DNA of 64,000 nucleotides from Candidatus Latescibacterota bacterium (GCA_965222605.1 OZ244960.1:5856001-5920000), one strand, 5' to 3'. Positions 27,955 through 38,941 are shown, numbered from the stretch's first letter. Notes: a model not told the origin generated them from the sequence alone. A program made the numbers and translations.

Positions 27955-30405
27955 ATGTTTAACTTGATTGGAAATTACGCCAAAATTGCTATCAGAAATT
28001 TGATGCGCAACAAAGTGTATTCCGCGCTCAATATCCTCGGTCTTGGGATCGCCATGTCCTGCTGTCTTTTGATTGTATTGTTTTTACAACGCGAACTGCA
28101 ATACGATCACAGATATGAAAAGGGAGATCGCATCTACAAGGTCGTGCGAGAAATAAATATCCAGGGAGGGTCCCGCAATTTTTCCTGGGGTACGTCGGGA
28201 TCTTTGGGACCCGCGTTGAAACGCGATTTTCCCGAAGTAGAGTCAGCCGTTCGAATATGGCCCTGGAGCGTGAAGGTCGAACGCGAGAATGTTTTATTTC
28301 CCACACGCCTCAATCTCGTTGACAAACATGTGTTTGACGTATTTGAAGCTGAATTTGTTCAAGGCAGCGCACAGGTGGCTTTTGAAGATCCAACGAGTAT
28401 TGTGATTACCGAGAGAATGGCGAATCGCATCTACGGCGAAGAAAACCCGATGGGCAGGGTGCTCACCGTTGTCAATTCTATCTTTGGCGGAGACTATATT
28501 GTGCGGGGCGTGTTGAAAGATCGCTTCGATCCCACCACAATCCCATTTAATATGTTCGTATCGCGAGACCCCAATGCCCAATGGAGGAACAAATGGCACG
28601 TCTGGGATCCGGCTGCAGGTTTTCGACCGATACAAACATATATTTTGCTTCAAGAAGGTGTTTCTCCCAAAACATTGGAACAAAAATTTCCGGATTTTAT
28701 AAAGCGCTATATGGGCGCAGAGATCCAAAAATACAATGCGTATCATCTTCAACCTTTGCATCGGGTCTATTTGCATTCGCGTGCGGATTACGACATCAAG
28801 AGCTTTGGCGATATCGATCAACTCTATACGATGTGTGTGATTGCCGCATTTATTCTGATCATTGCCTGCGTGAACTTTATGAATCTGGCGACAGCCCAAT
28901 CAGTCCGGCGCGCAAGAGAGGTGGGCTTGCGAAAGGTGGTCGGTGCCAGTCGCGGTCAGTTGATCCAGCAATTTCTGGGAGAATCCCTGATTGTCGCAGG
29001 TCTCGCGTTGTTGCTGGCAATTATTGTCGCCCGGGCGGCACTGCCCGTGTTTAATGATTTGATCCAGCAAAATCTGGTATTAGATCTCAAGGCATATATG
29101 ACTTTGATCCCGGCATTGATCGGCGTGGTACTGGTATCTGGAATACTCGCCGGAGGTTATCCCGCCTTTGTTTTGTCTGCCTGGCAACCGATTGATACAT
29201 TAAAGAGCCAGATCCAGTCCAGATCGGGGGGATCCTGGTTCTGGAAGGGTCTTGTGATATTCCAATTTTCAATTTCGATTTTTTTGATTGTGGGTACGAT
29301 GGTCGTGCGCAACCAGATCTCTTATATGCTGGATCGGGATCTGGGAGTTGATACAGAACATCTGGTCATGTTGCCCATTTTTACTTCGAGCCGGGAGGCG
29401 CATTTCGTTCACGCCAACCGCCTATCGTCGCGATACAGTACTGTGAAACAGTCGTTTTTGAGGCATCCCAATGTCATTGGGGCAACAGCATCTCAGTATC
29501 GTGCCTTCCCCAGCGGGGGTGGCTCGCGGCGCAAGCCCATTCGCCCAGAAGATTTGCCGGGGGATGACTGGTGGATTCTGATAAATGAGGTCGATGCAGA
29601 TTTTGTAAAGACCATGGGGATTGAACTCATTGCCGGCAAAAATTTTACCCCGGGCAAGGGCAATCCCCTCAGGGGATGGACGCGCGAATTTCTGATCAAT
29701 GAGTCGGCAGCCAAATTATTCGGCTGGGATAATCCCATTGGCAAACAGATTCAGAGGCTGGATGGGGGCGGCGGCACGGGAACTGTTGTGGGCGTGTTTA
29801 AGGATTACCATTTTGATTCCTTAAAAGAAAAAATTGCGCCTCTCGCATTTATTCAGTGGGCCAGGCTATATGCGTATTTAACGCTTAAAGTAAAGGGTGG
29901 GCAGTTTGTAGAAACGATGGATTTTTTGGAAAAGGAATGGTATAAGTTCGTTCCCAATGAAGCGTTTAATCCCATTTTTATGGACGATGGATTTGCCTCT
30001 GCGTATCGGAATGAGCTTCGCCTGAGAAGAATTGCTGGCATTTCTTCATTGCTGGCGATTGTGGTGTGCTGTTTGGGTTTGTTCGGTTTGGCTGCTATCT
30101 CGGCCCAACGGCGCACAAAGGAGATTGGGGTACGCAAAGTGCTCGGTGCTTCTACAGGGCAAATTGTGACGATGTTTTCAGCCGAATTTGTCGTGCTGGT
30201 CGCGTTTGCCAGCCTCATTGCATGGCCTCTGGCTTATTACATGCTCAATGACTGGTTAGCCGATTTTGCCTACCGCATTGGTCTGGATATCTCAGTATTT
30301 GCATTGAGTAGTGTACTGGCTATTGTCATTGCTCTGGTCACGGTGAGTTATCAGGCATGGAGAGCGGCGCAGACCAATCCGATTGAGGCGCTTAAGTATG
30401 AGTGA
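27955..30405 (+). CDS. MacB/FtsX-type duplicated ABC permease (no adjacent ATPase gene)
   Basis: KIAIRNL..NK, IACVNFMNL...RAREVGLRKVVGA, RTKEIGVRKVLGAS, NPIEALKYE. Confidence 0.92.
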   Translation: MFNLIGNYAKIAIRNLMRNKVYSALNILGLGIAMSCCLLIVLFLQRELQYDHRYEKGDRIYKVVREINIQGGSRNFSWGTSGSLGPALKRDFPEVESAVRIWPWSVKVERENVLFPTRLNLVDKHVFDVFEAEFVQGSAQVAFEDPTSIVITERMANRIYGEENPMGRVLTVVNSIFGGDYIVRGVLKDRFDPTTIPFNMFVSRDPNAQWRNKWHVWDPAAGFRPIQTYILLQEGVSPKTLEQKFPDFIKRYMGAEIQKYNAYHLQPLHRVYLHSRADYDIKSFGDIDQLYTMCVIAAFILIIACVNFMNLATAQSVRRAREVGLRKVVGASRGQLIQQFLGESLIVAGLALLLAIIVARAALPVFNDLIQQNLVLDLKAYMTLIPALIGVVLVSGILAGGYPAFVLSAWQPIDTLKSQIQSRSGGSWFWKGLVIFQFSISIFLIVGTMVVRNQISYMLDRDLGVDTEHLVMLPIFTSSREAHFVHANRLSSRYSTVKQSFLRHPNVIGATASQYRAFPSGGGSRRKPIRPEDLPGDDWWILINEVDADFVKTMGIELIAGKNFTPGKGNPLRGWTREFLINESAAKLFGWDNPIGKQIQRLDGGGGTGTVVGVFKDYHFDSLKEKIAPLAFIQWARLYAYLTLKVKGGQFVETMDFLEKEWYKFVPNEAFNPIFMDDGFASAYRNELRLRRIAGISSLLAIVVCCLGLFGLAAISAQRRTKEIGVRKVLGASTGQIVTMFSAEFVVLVAFASLIAWPLAYYMLNDWLADFAYRIGLDISVFALSSVLAIVIALVTVSYQAWRAAQTNPIEALKYE

Positions 30406-30417
30406 GGTATTCAACTC

Positions 30418-32277
30418 TCAATCGGCTGCATCGACGTCTGTGCCCAACTGCATCTGCTCATCCCATATTCTGCGGTAGAGGCCGTTTGCTGTTAGCAAGT
30501 CGTCGTGTGTACCGTTTTCGACGATTCTGCCCTGATCCAAAACGTAGATTCGGTCTGCTTTTTGAACTGTCATGAGTCTGTGAGAAACCATCACAGTGGT
30601 TCGCCCCTCCGATACGTTCCAGATTGTGTCCATGATGTGTTGTTCCGACCGAGAATCCAGGTTCGAAGTCGCCTCATCCAGAATGAGAACCGCGGGGTCC
30701 CTGATCAGGGCGCGGGCAATGCCTATTCTTTGCTTTTGTCCGCCGGATAATCTCGTTCCCTCTCCAATATCTCTTTCAAATCCCTCCGGGTGGGCGATGA
30801 CGCCGTCGTAAAGCGCGGCCATGCGCGCTGCTTCCTCCACATCTGCGTCCGAAGCCTTTAGATTTCCGTAGCGGATGTTCTCCCGAACAGTTCCAGAAAA
30901 TAAGAAGGTGTCTTGAAGCACAACGCCGAGTTGGTTGCGGTAGCTCAAGAGTCGGACGTTTTTCAGGTCGAGTCCATCTACGAGCACCGATCCAGTGGTG
31001 GGATCGTAAAGCCTCAAGATGAGGTATAGCAGCGAGGTCTTGCCCGAGCCGCTCGGTCCCACGAATGCGACGCGCGCTCCGGGACGGATTGTGATGTTGA
31101 TATTTTCCAGAACGGGCTGTCCCGATATGTATTCGAATCCCACATTTCTGAATTCGATTGTGCCGCTGAGGGACGGCATGGTGCTTGCATCGGGCGCATC
31201 GCTTATCTGGGGTTGAACGTCAAGGGTTTGCAGGACGCGCTCGGCCTGGACGAGTTGAAGGCGAATGCTCTGGATCAGCTTGATCATTCTCTCCATCGGG
31301 CCCTCAAATTGCCGGGCGAGGAAAAACACAACACTGAATTCTCCGATGCTCAACTCCCCGGTCATGGTGTAGTAACCCACGTAGAGCCACATCACTTTTT
31401 CCATGCCCTCAGAGAGAAACCACAGAACTCCCTGGTGCGTAAAGATATGTAGAACACGGTATTTGATCCAGTATCTGCGGTTCTCGATAAAAGTTGATGC
31501 ATATCGGCGGGCAGACCAGCGCATACGGCCGAAACCTTTGACGGTCTTGGTCGCGGCTATACCGTCTCTCAAGATCGTCCTCAGGTACTGTGCCTGCATT
31601 CTCATGTCCCATCGGACTCTCTGAAGGCGCGTGTAGAAATAGTGGGATAGGGCTGTGTAGGGAAAGGAGTAGAGAAAAATCAGTAATGTGAGCCAGGGAT
31701 CGACCAGACTGAGGATGATGCCCGTCCATATAATCCGGTAGGCTATGGTGATCGCATTGGGAACATCGTCGGTGATCATGGTGATCAGGCCACCTCCGAC
31801 GTCAGAGGTGCTGCGGTACATGTGTTCGCCGATGGGCCGACTCTGAAGAAAACCGAGGGAAAGTTTGTGGAGGTGGTTGTAGAAGACCGCGCGCAGGTGG
31901 ATGGTGACTTTCATGTCGATATACCACCCGATGATCCGCCGTGTCACCTGAGAGATATTCGAGATGACATACATCAGGAACATGATACCAAAGACAATAA
32001 ATAAAAGCTGCAAGCGGCGATCTACTGGCAGGTCGATGTTCAGGATGACTTCATCGACCAGATATCGATTCAAAAAGACGCTTATCTCACGGAGCGGAAC
32101 GCCTACCATGATCAATAGCATCCCGAGGATGACTTTTGTCTTGTGGGGATACAGGTACTTAAAAAATCGCCAGAAGGTTTCCCATTCGCGGCTTGCACGT
32201 TCCTGATCTGGAGACCAGGCAGCACCTCGCCACACTTCGGGTTTTCTCTGGGGAATGTCGAGAATTCTCATTGCCAT
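30418..32277 (-). CDS. ABC transporter, fused TMD+NBD, paralog of 25958-27754
   Basis: GPSGSGKT, LSGGQ, ILDE; shares the R(G/P)IGEHMYR motif with the paralog; start ATG 32277 behind GAGG. Confidence 0.9.
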   Translation of the reverse strand: MAMRILDIPQRKPEVWRGAAWSPDQERASREWETFWRFFKYLYPHKTKVILGMLLIMVGVPLREISVFLNRYLVDEVILNIDLPVDRRLQLLFIVFGIMFLMYVISNISQVTRRIIGWYIDMKVTIHLRAVFYNHLHKLSLGFLQSRPIGEHMYRSTSDVGGGLITMITDDVPNAITIAYRIIWTGIILSLVDPWLTLLIFLYSFPYTALSHYFYTRLQRVRWDMRMQAQYLRTILRDGIAATKTVKGFGRMRWSARRYASTFIENRRYWIKYRVLHIFTHQGVLWFLSEGMEKVMWLYVGYYTMTGELSIGEFSVVFFLARQFEGPMERMIKLIQSIRLQLVQAERVLQTLDVQPQISDAPDASTMPSLSGTIEFRNVGFEYISGQPVLENINITIRPGARVAFVGPSGSGKTSLLYLILRLYDPTTGSVLVDGLDLKNVRLLSYRNQLGVVLQDTFLFSGTVRENIRYGNLKASDADVEEAARMAALYDGVIAHPEGFERDIGEGTRLSGGQKQRIGIARALIRDPAVLILDEATSNLDSRSEQHIMDTIWNVSEGRTTVMVSHRLMTVQKADRIYVLDQGRIVENGTHDDLLTANGLYRRIWDEQMQLGTDVDAAD

Positions 32278-32296
32278 CCTCAGGTCTTGTGAGACC

Positions 32297-33688
32297 TTAA
32301 TTTTTCTTCCTATTCTCGTGATCTGGATACACAGCATTGAACACACGCGTTACCACATCTGGCGATGTCCGATTCTCAAAAGCCTCCAAAACTGGATCAT
32401 TGGTTTCCTGCATTTGAGCCTGTAGAATCGCCCGCATTTCATCAGCTTTTGCACTGTATTCTGGATTGTCAATCAGGTTTTTTAAACAATTGGGGTCATG
32501 CTCCAAATCGTATAACTCTTCCGGCACGCGATACCGAAACATCCGCACCCGTTCCGCAATATCTGGATTGCCTGGTGCAGCCTCCTCCATTGCGTGCATC
32601 GTCAACCCTTCATTGTTATTGCGGTACCGATAGTCGTCTCGCACCCACATATTAAAGATGTATCCAAACTGATGATCCTGCACACACCGCATCGGCGTCG
32701 CTGCTCCACCAGCCTTAGAATCGATCTGCGTAAATACATGCTCCCAACCCTCCTGCTTTTCGCCTCTTAGCAGCGGCACAAAAGATTGCCCATCCACACC
32801 ATCCAAAGCAGGTAGCCCAATCGCATCTAACGCGGTCGGCAAGAAGTCAATGCCCGACATCAGTTCACTACATGTTGCACCACCTTTTGCAACACCGGGC
32901 CACCGCACCAGCCATGGTGTGCGTGTACTCGCCAGATATGCATTACACTTGGCAAACGGCACAGCCATCCCGTTATCCGACAAAAAAGCGACCAGTGTAT
33001 TGTCCCTCAATCCTGCCTCTTCCAAAGCATTCATCACCGCCCCAAATGTATCATCCAAACGTCTCACCGAATTGTAATACCACGAAAGCTCCTTGCGAAT
33101 CAATGGAAGATCAGGCAAAAATCCGGGCACTTCAATTTCATCGGGGCTATACAACCGCGATGGCACCTCAGCACCACCACCTGGTCCTTCATCTGGATTG
33201 TAAAACGGTCGATGAGGATCATGAGAGTTCACCATAAAATAAAAGGGGTTGTTGGCGCTTTTACAGTTCTCGAAAAATTCCTTACAATACGCCCCATACT
33301 TCTGAGGGCTACGGCCAAAACCCAGGTCTTCTTGATCCCGACTAAAATCCCATGTAATCGAATCTTTTGGCGTTGAGTGATTCACTTTTCCGAGAAGGCC
33401 AGTCATATACCCCGCATCACTCAATGTTTCGATGATCGTCGGTGTGTCCTCAAATGTATGAAAAAACCCCATTCCGCCATTGTTATAACTATAGCGCCCG
33501 GTGTTCAACACATTGCGACTTGGCATACAAATGGCAACATTCACATGCCCATGACTGAACCGCATACCCTCTGCAGCAAACGCATCCAGGTTGGGGGAAA
33601 TATCTGGCACGTTTGATCCAAAACAACCGAGTGAATCGCAACCCAAATCATCTGCTGTAAACAGCAGGATATTTAATTTGTCTGCCAT
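32297..33688 (-). CDS. Sulfatase (N-sulfoglucosamine sulfohydrolase-like)
   Basis: TADD, CMPSR, DPHRPF, SDNGM.VPFAKCNAY. Confidence 0.9.
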   Translation of the reverse strand: MADKLNILLFTADDLGCDSLGCFGSNVPDISPNLDAFAAEGMRFSHGHVNVAICMPSRNVLNTGRYSYNNGGMGFFHTFEDTPTIIETLSDAGYMTGLLGKVNHSTPKDSITWDFSRDQEDLGFGRSPQKYGAYCKEFFENCKSANNPFYFMVNSHDPHRPFYNPDEGPGGGAEVPSRLYSPDEIEVPGFLPDLPLIRKELSWYYNSVRRLDDTFGAVMNALEEAGLRDNTLVAFLSDNGMAVPFAKCNAYLASTRTPWLVRWPGVAKGGATCSELMSGIDFLPTALDAIGLPALDGVDGQSFVPLLRGEKQEGWEHVFTQIDSKAGGAATPMRCVQDHQFGYIFNMWVRDDYRYRNNNEGLTMHAMEEAAPGNPDIAERVRMFRYRVPEELYDLEHDPNCLKNLIDNPEYSAKADEMRAILQAQMQETNDPVLEAFENRTSPDVVTRVFNAVYPDHENRKKN

Positions 33689-33759
33689 AAGACCCTCACT
33701 TCCTCAAATTGACATTGGACACGTAAATTTATGAATATTCCGAATAACCCGCTACCGAA

Positions 33760-35718
33760 TTAGTATAGCGCGAGTGAATGCCCGTCATCGGGAAACCAGA
33801 TCATGTCGACGCCAAACGAAATCCCGACACCAACGAAATACCCCAGCATCATACCAAAGAAGAAGGGTGAGGCTTTGCGATACAGGCTGATTCCGCCAAT
33901 ACGGAGGATGGCGGCTTTGGCGAACCAGGCGAAGAAAATCGAGAATATAGTGCGATTGGCAGGGTATGAGGTTGCCGAGACCAGGCCGATGGGGTGCAGC
34001 GGAAAAGCCGGATAGATATAGCGGAGGACCATATTGGCGACGGTGACGGCAACTCCGATCAGCCCCCACAAGGCGAGATGTCGCTTCATTGCGAAGGGAT
34101 CGCGGATGTAACCAACTCCCCTGTCAAACACGGCCTGCACGGATCCCGCGTAGATGCCGCCGTAGTTGTATGCGCCCGTCTGGTAGCCGGAAGCGATCGC
34201 GTAATAGGCACTGCCTCCTACAACAACGGCAACGGCGATTGCGACTGCGAGGGTCATTCTCCCCCGGTCTTCGCGAACATCATCGAAGAGTTTCGTGGCG
34301 TTGGCCATCGGGGCCATCAGGACAGTTTTCAGGTCACGGTGCCAGGTGTAGGTCAACGCCATCGCCACAATGCTCTGCGCGTTCATGTTTGTGGGCCCAA
34401 CAATATGGTAGGTCGCGAACTGCGCGTGTATGATACGAGAGCTGATCAGCCCCGTTTCAATGCTGATCTTCGAGATCCCAAACCAGACCACAATAACGAG
34501 GGCGACGAAGACAAACGCCACATATACGGTCATTCCCGATGCGACGCACCACGCGGAGATGAACATCGCACTGAGGATGAGTCCGAATACCGCTGAACGA
34601 TAGGAGAGCATCTCCTGAGTATCGTCTATCGTCGGGTCCTTTGTGAATGCCTTTCTGACGACATCTCTCAAATGGCCGCGGGCGACCCACAGTCCCCAGG
34701 GAATCAGGACGAAAAGTGCGCCAAGTCCTTGCCAGTTTTCAAACTCGGAAGTATCTCCACGCGGTGGACCGGTTTCGAATCCAAGTCTTCTGAACACACC
34801 AACCTGAAACGTCAGGAACAGGAAGTAGATGATGATGCTTCCGGATACTTCGAGCTCAACGAAGTAAGAGGCACCGATGATCAGTGGATAGAATCGAGTC
34901 TCGATGGATGGAAAGTCTCGACCCAGTTGGATAAGCCCGAACTCCCTTGGAATGGTCGGGAAAACGGGGGTGAAGTATCCGATCATATTCCACATAATCG
35001 GGAAGATCGCGAAAGCGAAACCGATCCAGAAAACAGGCTGGTTCATGAACCCGGCGGTGAAAAACCCACGAGGCTCCTCGTCTGCCATGTTCATCGGCAG
35101 CTTCATCAGGGGGAAGGCGAGCCGTTCGTTCTCGACCCACTGCTTCCTGAGGATCGCGACGATACAATAGCAGAGGCAGGCGACTGCGCCTACGAGCGAC
35201 AGACGCCAGGTCAACGGTATGAGCCAGGCTCCCCACGGGATCGAAACGCCGCGAGGGAGTCCTTCGTAGAACCATTTGGCTGCAGTAACATCCGTTACGA
35301 CTGCCCAGTTGACGAGATACGGATGCAACTCGGTCGCCCAGCCGTTCTCGGATGATGGAAAGTAATAGGGCGCACCGATGTTCGCGATCATGTGCGCCAT
35401 AAAGTAGCTGGGCAGAGCTGATCCGATCAGGGCCATTGCAAAGATGACGAGAAGCTCGGCTCTCGTGAGCATGGCTCTCGGGCGGACGGCCTGGATGACT
35501 TTGTTAAGGATGACAACGATGATGATGAAGGGAACCATCACGCCCCAGGGCAGATGGTCCTGCGCCATCTTGGTCGTATGACCGATGTGACGCGTGTAGT
35601 GACCGCCCCACGCCATGAAAGTCACACACAGCGTACCAAGCGCAATGGATCGAGCCGTTATGGCGTGCCGAAGGGGACGAATCTCCGGTTCAGCTATGGG
35701 TTGTTGTACCCCGGCCAA
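33760..35718 (-). CDS. Polytopic membrane protein, DUF6785/OPT-like putative transporter
   Basis: Many TM helices; RKQWVENERLAFPL, FPLHPIG, PFFFGMMLG motifs. Confidence 0.75.
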   Translation of the reverse strand: MAGVQQPIAEPEIRPLRHAITARSIALGTLCVTFMAWGGHYTRHIGHTTKMAQDHLPWGVMVPFIIIVVILNKVIQAVRPRAMLTRAELLVIFAMALIGSALPSYFMAHMIANIGAPYYFPSSENGWATELHPYLVNWAVVTDVTAAKWFYEGLPRGVSIPWGAWLIPLTWRLSLVGAVACLCYCIVAILRKQWVENERLAFPLMKLPMNMADEEPRGFFTAGFMNQPVFWIGFAFAIFPIMWNMIGYFTPVFPTIPREFGLIQLGRDFPSIETRFYPLIIGASYFVELEVSGSIIIYFLFLTFQVGVFRRLGFETGPPRGDTSEFENWQGLGALFVLIPWGLWVARGHLRDVVRKAFTKDPTIDDTQEMLSYRSAVFGLILSAMFISAWCVASGMTVYVAFVFVALVIVVWFGISKISIETGLISSRIIHAQFATYHIVGPTNMNAQSIVAMALTYTWHRDLKTVLMAPMANATKLFDDVREDRGRMTLAVAIAVAVVVGGSAYYAIASGYQTGAYNYGGIYAGSVQAVFDRGVGYIRDPFAMKRHLALWGLIGVAVTVANMVLRYIYPAFPLHPIGLVSATSYPANRTIFSIFFAWFAKAAILRIGGISLYRKASPFFFGMMLGYFVGVGISFGVDMIWFPDDGHSLALY

Positions 35719-35738
35719 TCAGGACCTCCAATATCTTC

Positions 35739-36893
35739 TTATCTGCTTATACGATACTTTTCCAGGGCATCTTCATCGAGTTCACATCCAAGTCCTGGCT
35801 TTGTTGGGACGATGGCTTCGCCCTTTTCAAATTGGATGCCATCCACAATCAGATCATCTTCCCGCGTCCAACTCCCGACAAAATCACTGGGCATAACGCA
35901 ATTTCGCGGAACACTTGCCGCGTGAAGATAGGCCATTTCCATTATGCCGAGGTCATTTCCAGATCCATGCCAGCAGGGAATGCCCGCGGCATCGGCTATC
36001 GCCGCGTTGTGGACAAATTGCCACATGCTGCCCCCCAAATTGAAAATATCTACTGCTTCCACCTTAATTGCGTTGATGATGTCATGGGGATTCGCCAGAT
36101 GCAATGCGACCGGGATGGTCGTTGCCGCTCTCAGTTGGCGATACCAATCCAGGTTCCATTTCGCCATTGGGTCTTCGAGCACGCCGACATTGCCCACTGC
36201 TTCGAATTGTTTTGCCAATGCAATTGCTTCTGCCGGGCGATAAAATCTCTGATTTGGATCGATTGTGCATTTGAACGATGTATCTGTGGCTTCCAGAATT
36301 GCCCGTACGCGAGCGACCATTGGTTCATCAGAGGTACATTTCATTTTTACGCCGTGAAATCCGCGTTCGTAACCGAGCCGCGCATTAACAGCCGATTCTT
36401 CGGGCGTTTGGTGGCCGATCCAGTAATCCGCTGGCACGCGGTCTCTGTACGCACCGCCGAGCAGTTCGTGAACAGGGCAGCCTCGAATTTTGCCCACGAT
36501 GTCAAAAATAGCCATTTCAAAAGCCTCATAACCCGCGCCAGTTCCCCAGCCGTTCAAACTCTCCCAATCGCGCGTTCCGCCCCCATCTCCAGACACAACC
36601 GCGTCTCTGAAAGGCACTGCTGTGTTGCGATACGTGGCGGCGTCTATAAATACGTTTTGCAGGCTTAGCCTGAGCGGATCTCGTCCTTTGAGTTGGTTAA
36701 ATCCCTGCCGAATGGCTCCTTCAGGTGTTCCGCGCGAGGTTTCTCCCAGTCCGTAAATCCCATCATCGGTATTTAGCCTGATGATGTGTTTGGGGACCTG
36801 GTCCCAGCCCGCAGGACCAAACGATTCGCTGTGTACACGGCCGGGTATGGTTGGAACAACGACTGTAATGATGTCGATGGATGCGATTTTCAT
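35739..36893 (-). CDS. Mandelate racemase/muconate lactonizing enzyme family protein
   Basis: TDDGIYGLGE, DIVGK, KMK, DPN, EDP, PGLG. Confidence 0.88.
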   Translation of the reverse strand: MKIASIDIITVVVPTIPGRVHSESFGPAGWDQVPKHIIRLNTDDGIYGLGETSRGTPEGAIRQGFNQLKGRDPLRLSLQNVFIDAATYRNTAVPFRDAVVSGDGGGTRDWESLNGWGTGAGYEAFEMAIFDIVGKIRGCPVHELLGGAYRDRVPADYWIGHQTPEESAVNARLGYERGFHGVKMKCTSDEPMVARVRAILEATDTSFKCTIDPNQRFYRPAEAIALAKQFEAVGNVGVLEDPMAKWNLDWYRQLRAATTIPVALHLANPHDIINAIKVEAVDIFNLGGSMWQFVHNAAIADAAGIPCWHGSGNDLGIMEMAYLHAASVPRNCVMPSDFVGSWTREDDLIVDGIQFEKGEAIVPTKPGLGCELDEDALEKYRISR

Positions 36894-37118
36894 GGGTTTT
36901 TTCTCCGCAGTGTACAAACACAGTTTTCACTTTGATGCATAAGAATACCTGCACAAATTGATTACTGACGTTACACACGCGAAATAATTTCGTCAAGGCT
37001 ATTTATCGCGAGGCGAGTTGATAATAGCCCCATTAGAATGCTATTGTAAAGTACTTTGGCATATATTATTCTAAAATTATTGAAGTATTTCATCGCTGTT
37101 TTTTACAAAGGAGGCGTG

Positions 37119-38165
37119 ATGAAAATTACAAAGGTCGAACAGATGCGCGTGTTCGTGCCCTGGCAGGATTCCTATAAGGAGCCGATGGTGTCCTGGCGGG
37201 GGATGAGTGGCACAACGCCAGAAGAAGAGGATTCCTATGTGATTGTGCAGGTGCATACCGACGAGGGCATTGTGGGGATTGGGGAGGGAGGGCGTTCGAT
37301 GGCACAGACCGAGCGGCAGGCACAGCAGTATATCGGCAAGAATCCGATGGAACTGGATATGTTCAATCTCGGGCGACCCTGGGCGCATGCTTTTATCGAT
37401 ATTGCGGGCAAGGCGCTGGGGGTGCCGGCCTATCGGCTGATTGGCAACGGCAAGCATAGAGACCGTGTTCCGGTGGATTACTGGTCGCCTTATTTGCCCC
37501 CGGAAGAGACCCGCAAGCACGCCGAAGAGGGCGCGAAGCGGGGATTTAAGCTGCACAAGATCAAGGCGCGCCCCTGGGATACGGTGTGGCAGGTGAAGGT
37601 GATGACCGAGGCGGGCGGGCCGGACTACAAGATCCGCATAGATCCGAACGAGAAGTTCGATACCCTGTCGGAGACGGTACGCATTGACGATGCGTTACAG
37701 GAGTATCCCAATGTGGAATGCTTTGAAGACCCCGTGCCCAAGGCGCATCCGGAGTGGTACGGGATTTTGCGGCAGAAGTGTCGGGCATCTCTGGCGATTC
37801 ACACCACGGATACGCGGTTGATTCTGAACCATTTGCGCCACAATGGGATAGATATTGTCAATGTAGGGGGTACCATCAACCGGGTGATCCGGGCCGCGGC
37901 AATGGCCGAGGCGGCCGGATGCCCGGTGTGGATCCAGATGGAGGGGCACTGCTATGCGATCCAGGCGGCGTTTAACGCACACATAGGCGCGGCTGTGCCA
38001 AATGCCACGCTGCCCTATGGAATGCGCCCGTTTATCAGGGAAGCGTGCATTACAAAAGAAGGCTATGGATTTGCCGTGGAAGACGCGCACATGCCTGTGC
38101 CCGAAGAACCGGGGCTGGGCATTTCGCTGGATCTAAAGGTGTGCGAGAAGTTCCGGATTGAGTGA
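37119..38165 (+). CDS. Mandelate racemase/muconate lactonizing enzyme family protein
   Basis: TDEGIVGIGE, DIAGK, KIK, DPN, EDP, PGLG; GGAGG RBS. Confidence 0.88.
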   Translation: MKITKVEQMRVFVPWQDSYKEPMVSWRGMSGTTPEEEDSYVIVQVHTDEGIVGIGEGGRSMAQTERQAQQYIGKNPMELDMFNLGRPWAHAFIDIAGKALGVPAYRLIGNGKHRDRVPVDYWSPYLPPEETRKHAEEGAKRGFKLHKIKARPWDTVWQVKVMTEAGGPDYKIRIDPNEKFDTLSETVRIDDALQEYPNVECFEDPVPKAHPEWYGILRQKCRASLAIHTTDTRLILNHLRHNGIDIVNVGGTINRVIRAAAMAEAAGCPVWIQMEGHCYAIQAAFNAHIGAAVPNATLPYGMRPFIREACITKEGYGFAVEDAHMPVPEEPGLGISLDLKVCEKFRIE

Positions 38166-38168
38166 TGC

Positions 38169-38912
38169 CTATATGCTCCGCCCGCCATCTACAATGAGAT
38201 TTTCCCCCGTGACAAAGGGGCTGAGGATAAGTCCGAGGATGGCGTCGGCACAGTCTTCGCCGGTTGCGACGCGGCCCATTGGTGTGGCTTCCAGATGGAG
38301 TTTGCGGAAGGCCTCCCAGCCGATTCCCCAGCGCGTATCGACAAAGCCCGGAGAGATGGCGTTGACCTGGATATCGGGTGCTTGACTGGTGGCCAGAGAA
38401 TTCGTCAGGCAGATCAGCGCGGCTTTAGATGCGGAATAGGCAATTGAACTGCCCTTTCCAGAGATACCGGAGATGGAAGCGACGTTGACGATGCTTCCAC
38501 CGTCATTCTCTTTCATCTTTGGGATTGCTGCCCTGGCTGCGAAGAAGGCGCCCTTTACGTTGACGGCCATCGCGCGATCCCAGTCCTCTTCGGTCAGGTT
38601 TTCCAGATCGTCCAGCGGCACAAACCGCGTCATGCCCGCGCTGTTGACGAGAATGTCGAGGCGACCCAGTTCAGCGACTACGCGATCTACCATTTGCCGA
38701 ACGGCTGCATCGTCCGATACGTCTGCTTTGACGGCAATGGCTTTGCGCCCCAGTGCTTCGATATCCGCACAGGTTTTGTTGGCGTCATCTTCAGATCGGC
38801 TGTAGTTGACGGCGATGTCTGCGCCTTCTGTGGCGAATAGCAGCGATGTCGCGCGACCAATGCCAGTTCCTCCTCCAGTGACAAGTGCTACTTTGCCATC
38901 GAGTTTTCCCAT
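38169..38912 (-). CDS. SDR family oxidoreductase
   Basis: TGGGTGIG, NSAG, YSASK, NAISPG; start ATG 38912 behind AAGGAG. Confidence 0.92.
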   Translation of the reverse strand: MGKLDGKVALVTGGGTGIGRATSLLFATEGADIAVNYSRSEDDANKTCADIEALGRKAIAVKADVSDDAAVRQMVDRVVAELGRLDILVNSAGMTRFVPLDDLENLTEEDWDRAMAVNVKGAFFAARAAIPKMKENDGGSIVNVASISGISGKGSSIAYSASKAALICLTNSLATSQAPDIQVNAISPGFVDTRWGIGWEAFRKLHLEATPMGRVATGEDCADAILGLILSPFVTGENLIVDGGRSI

Positions 38913-38941
38913 GGTGACTCCCTTTAATGTTGTGTGGATAA

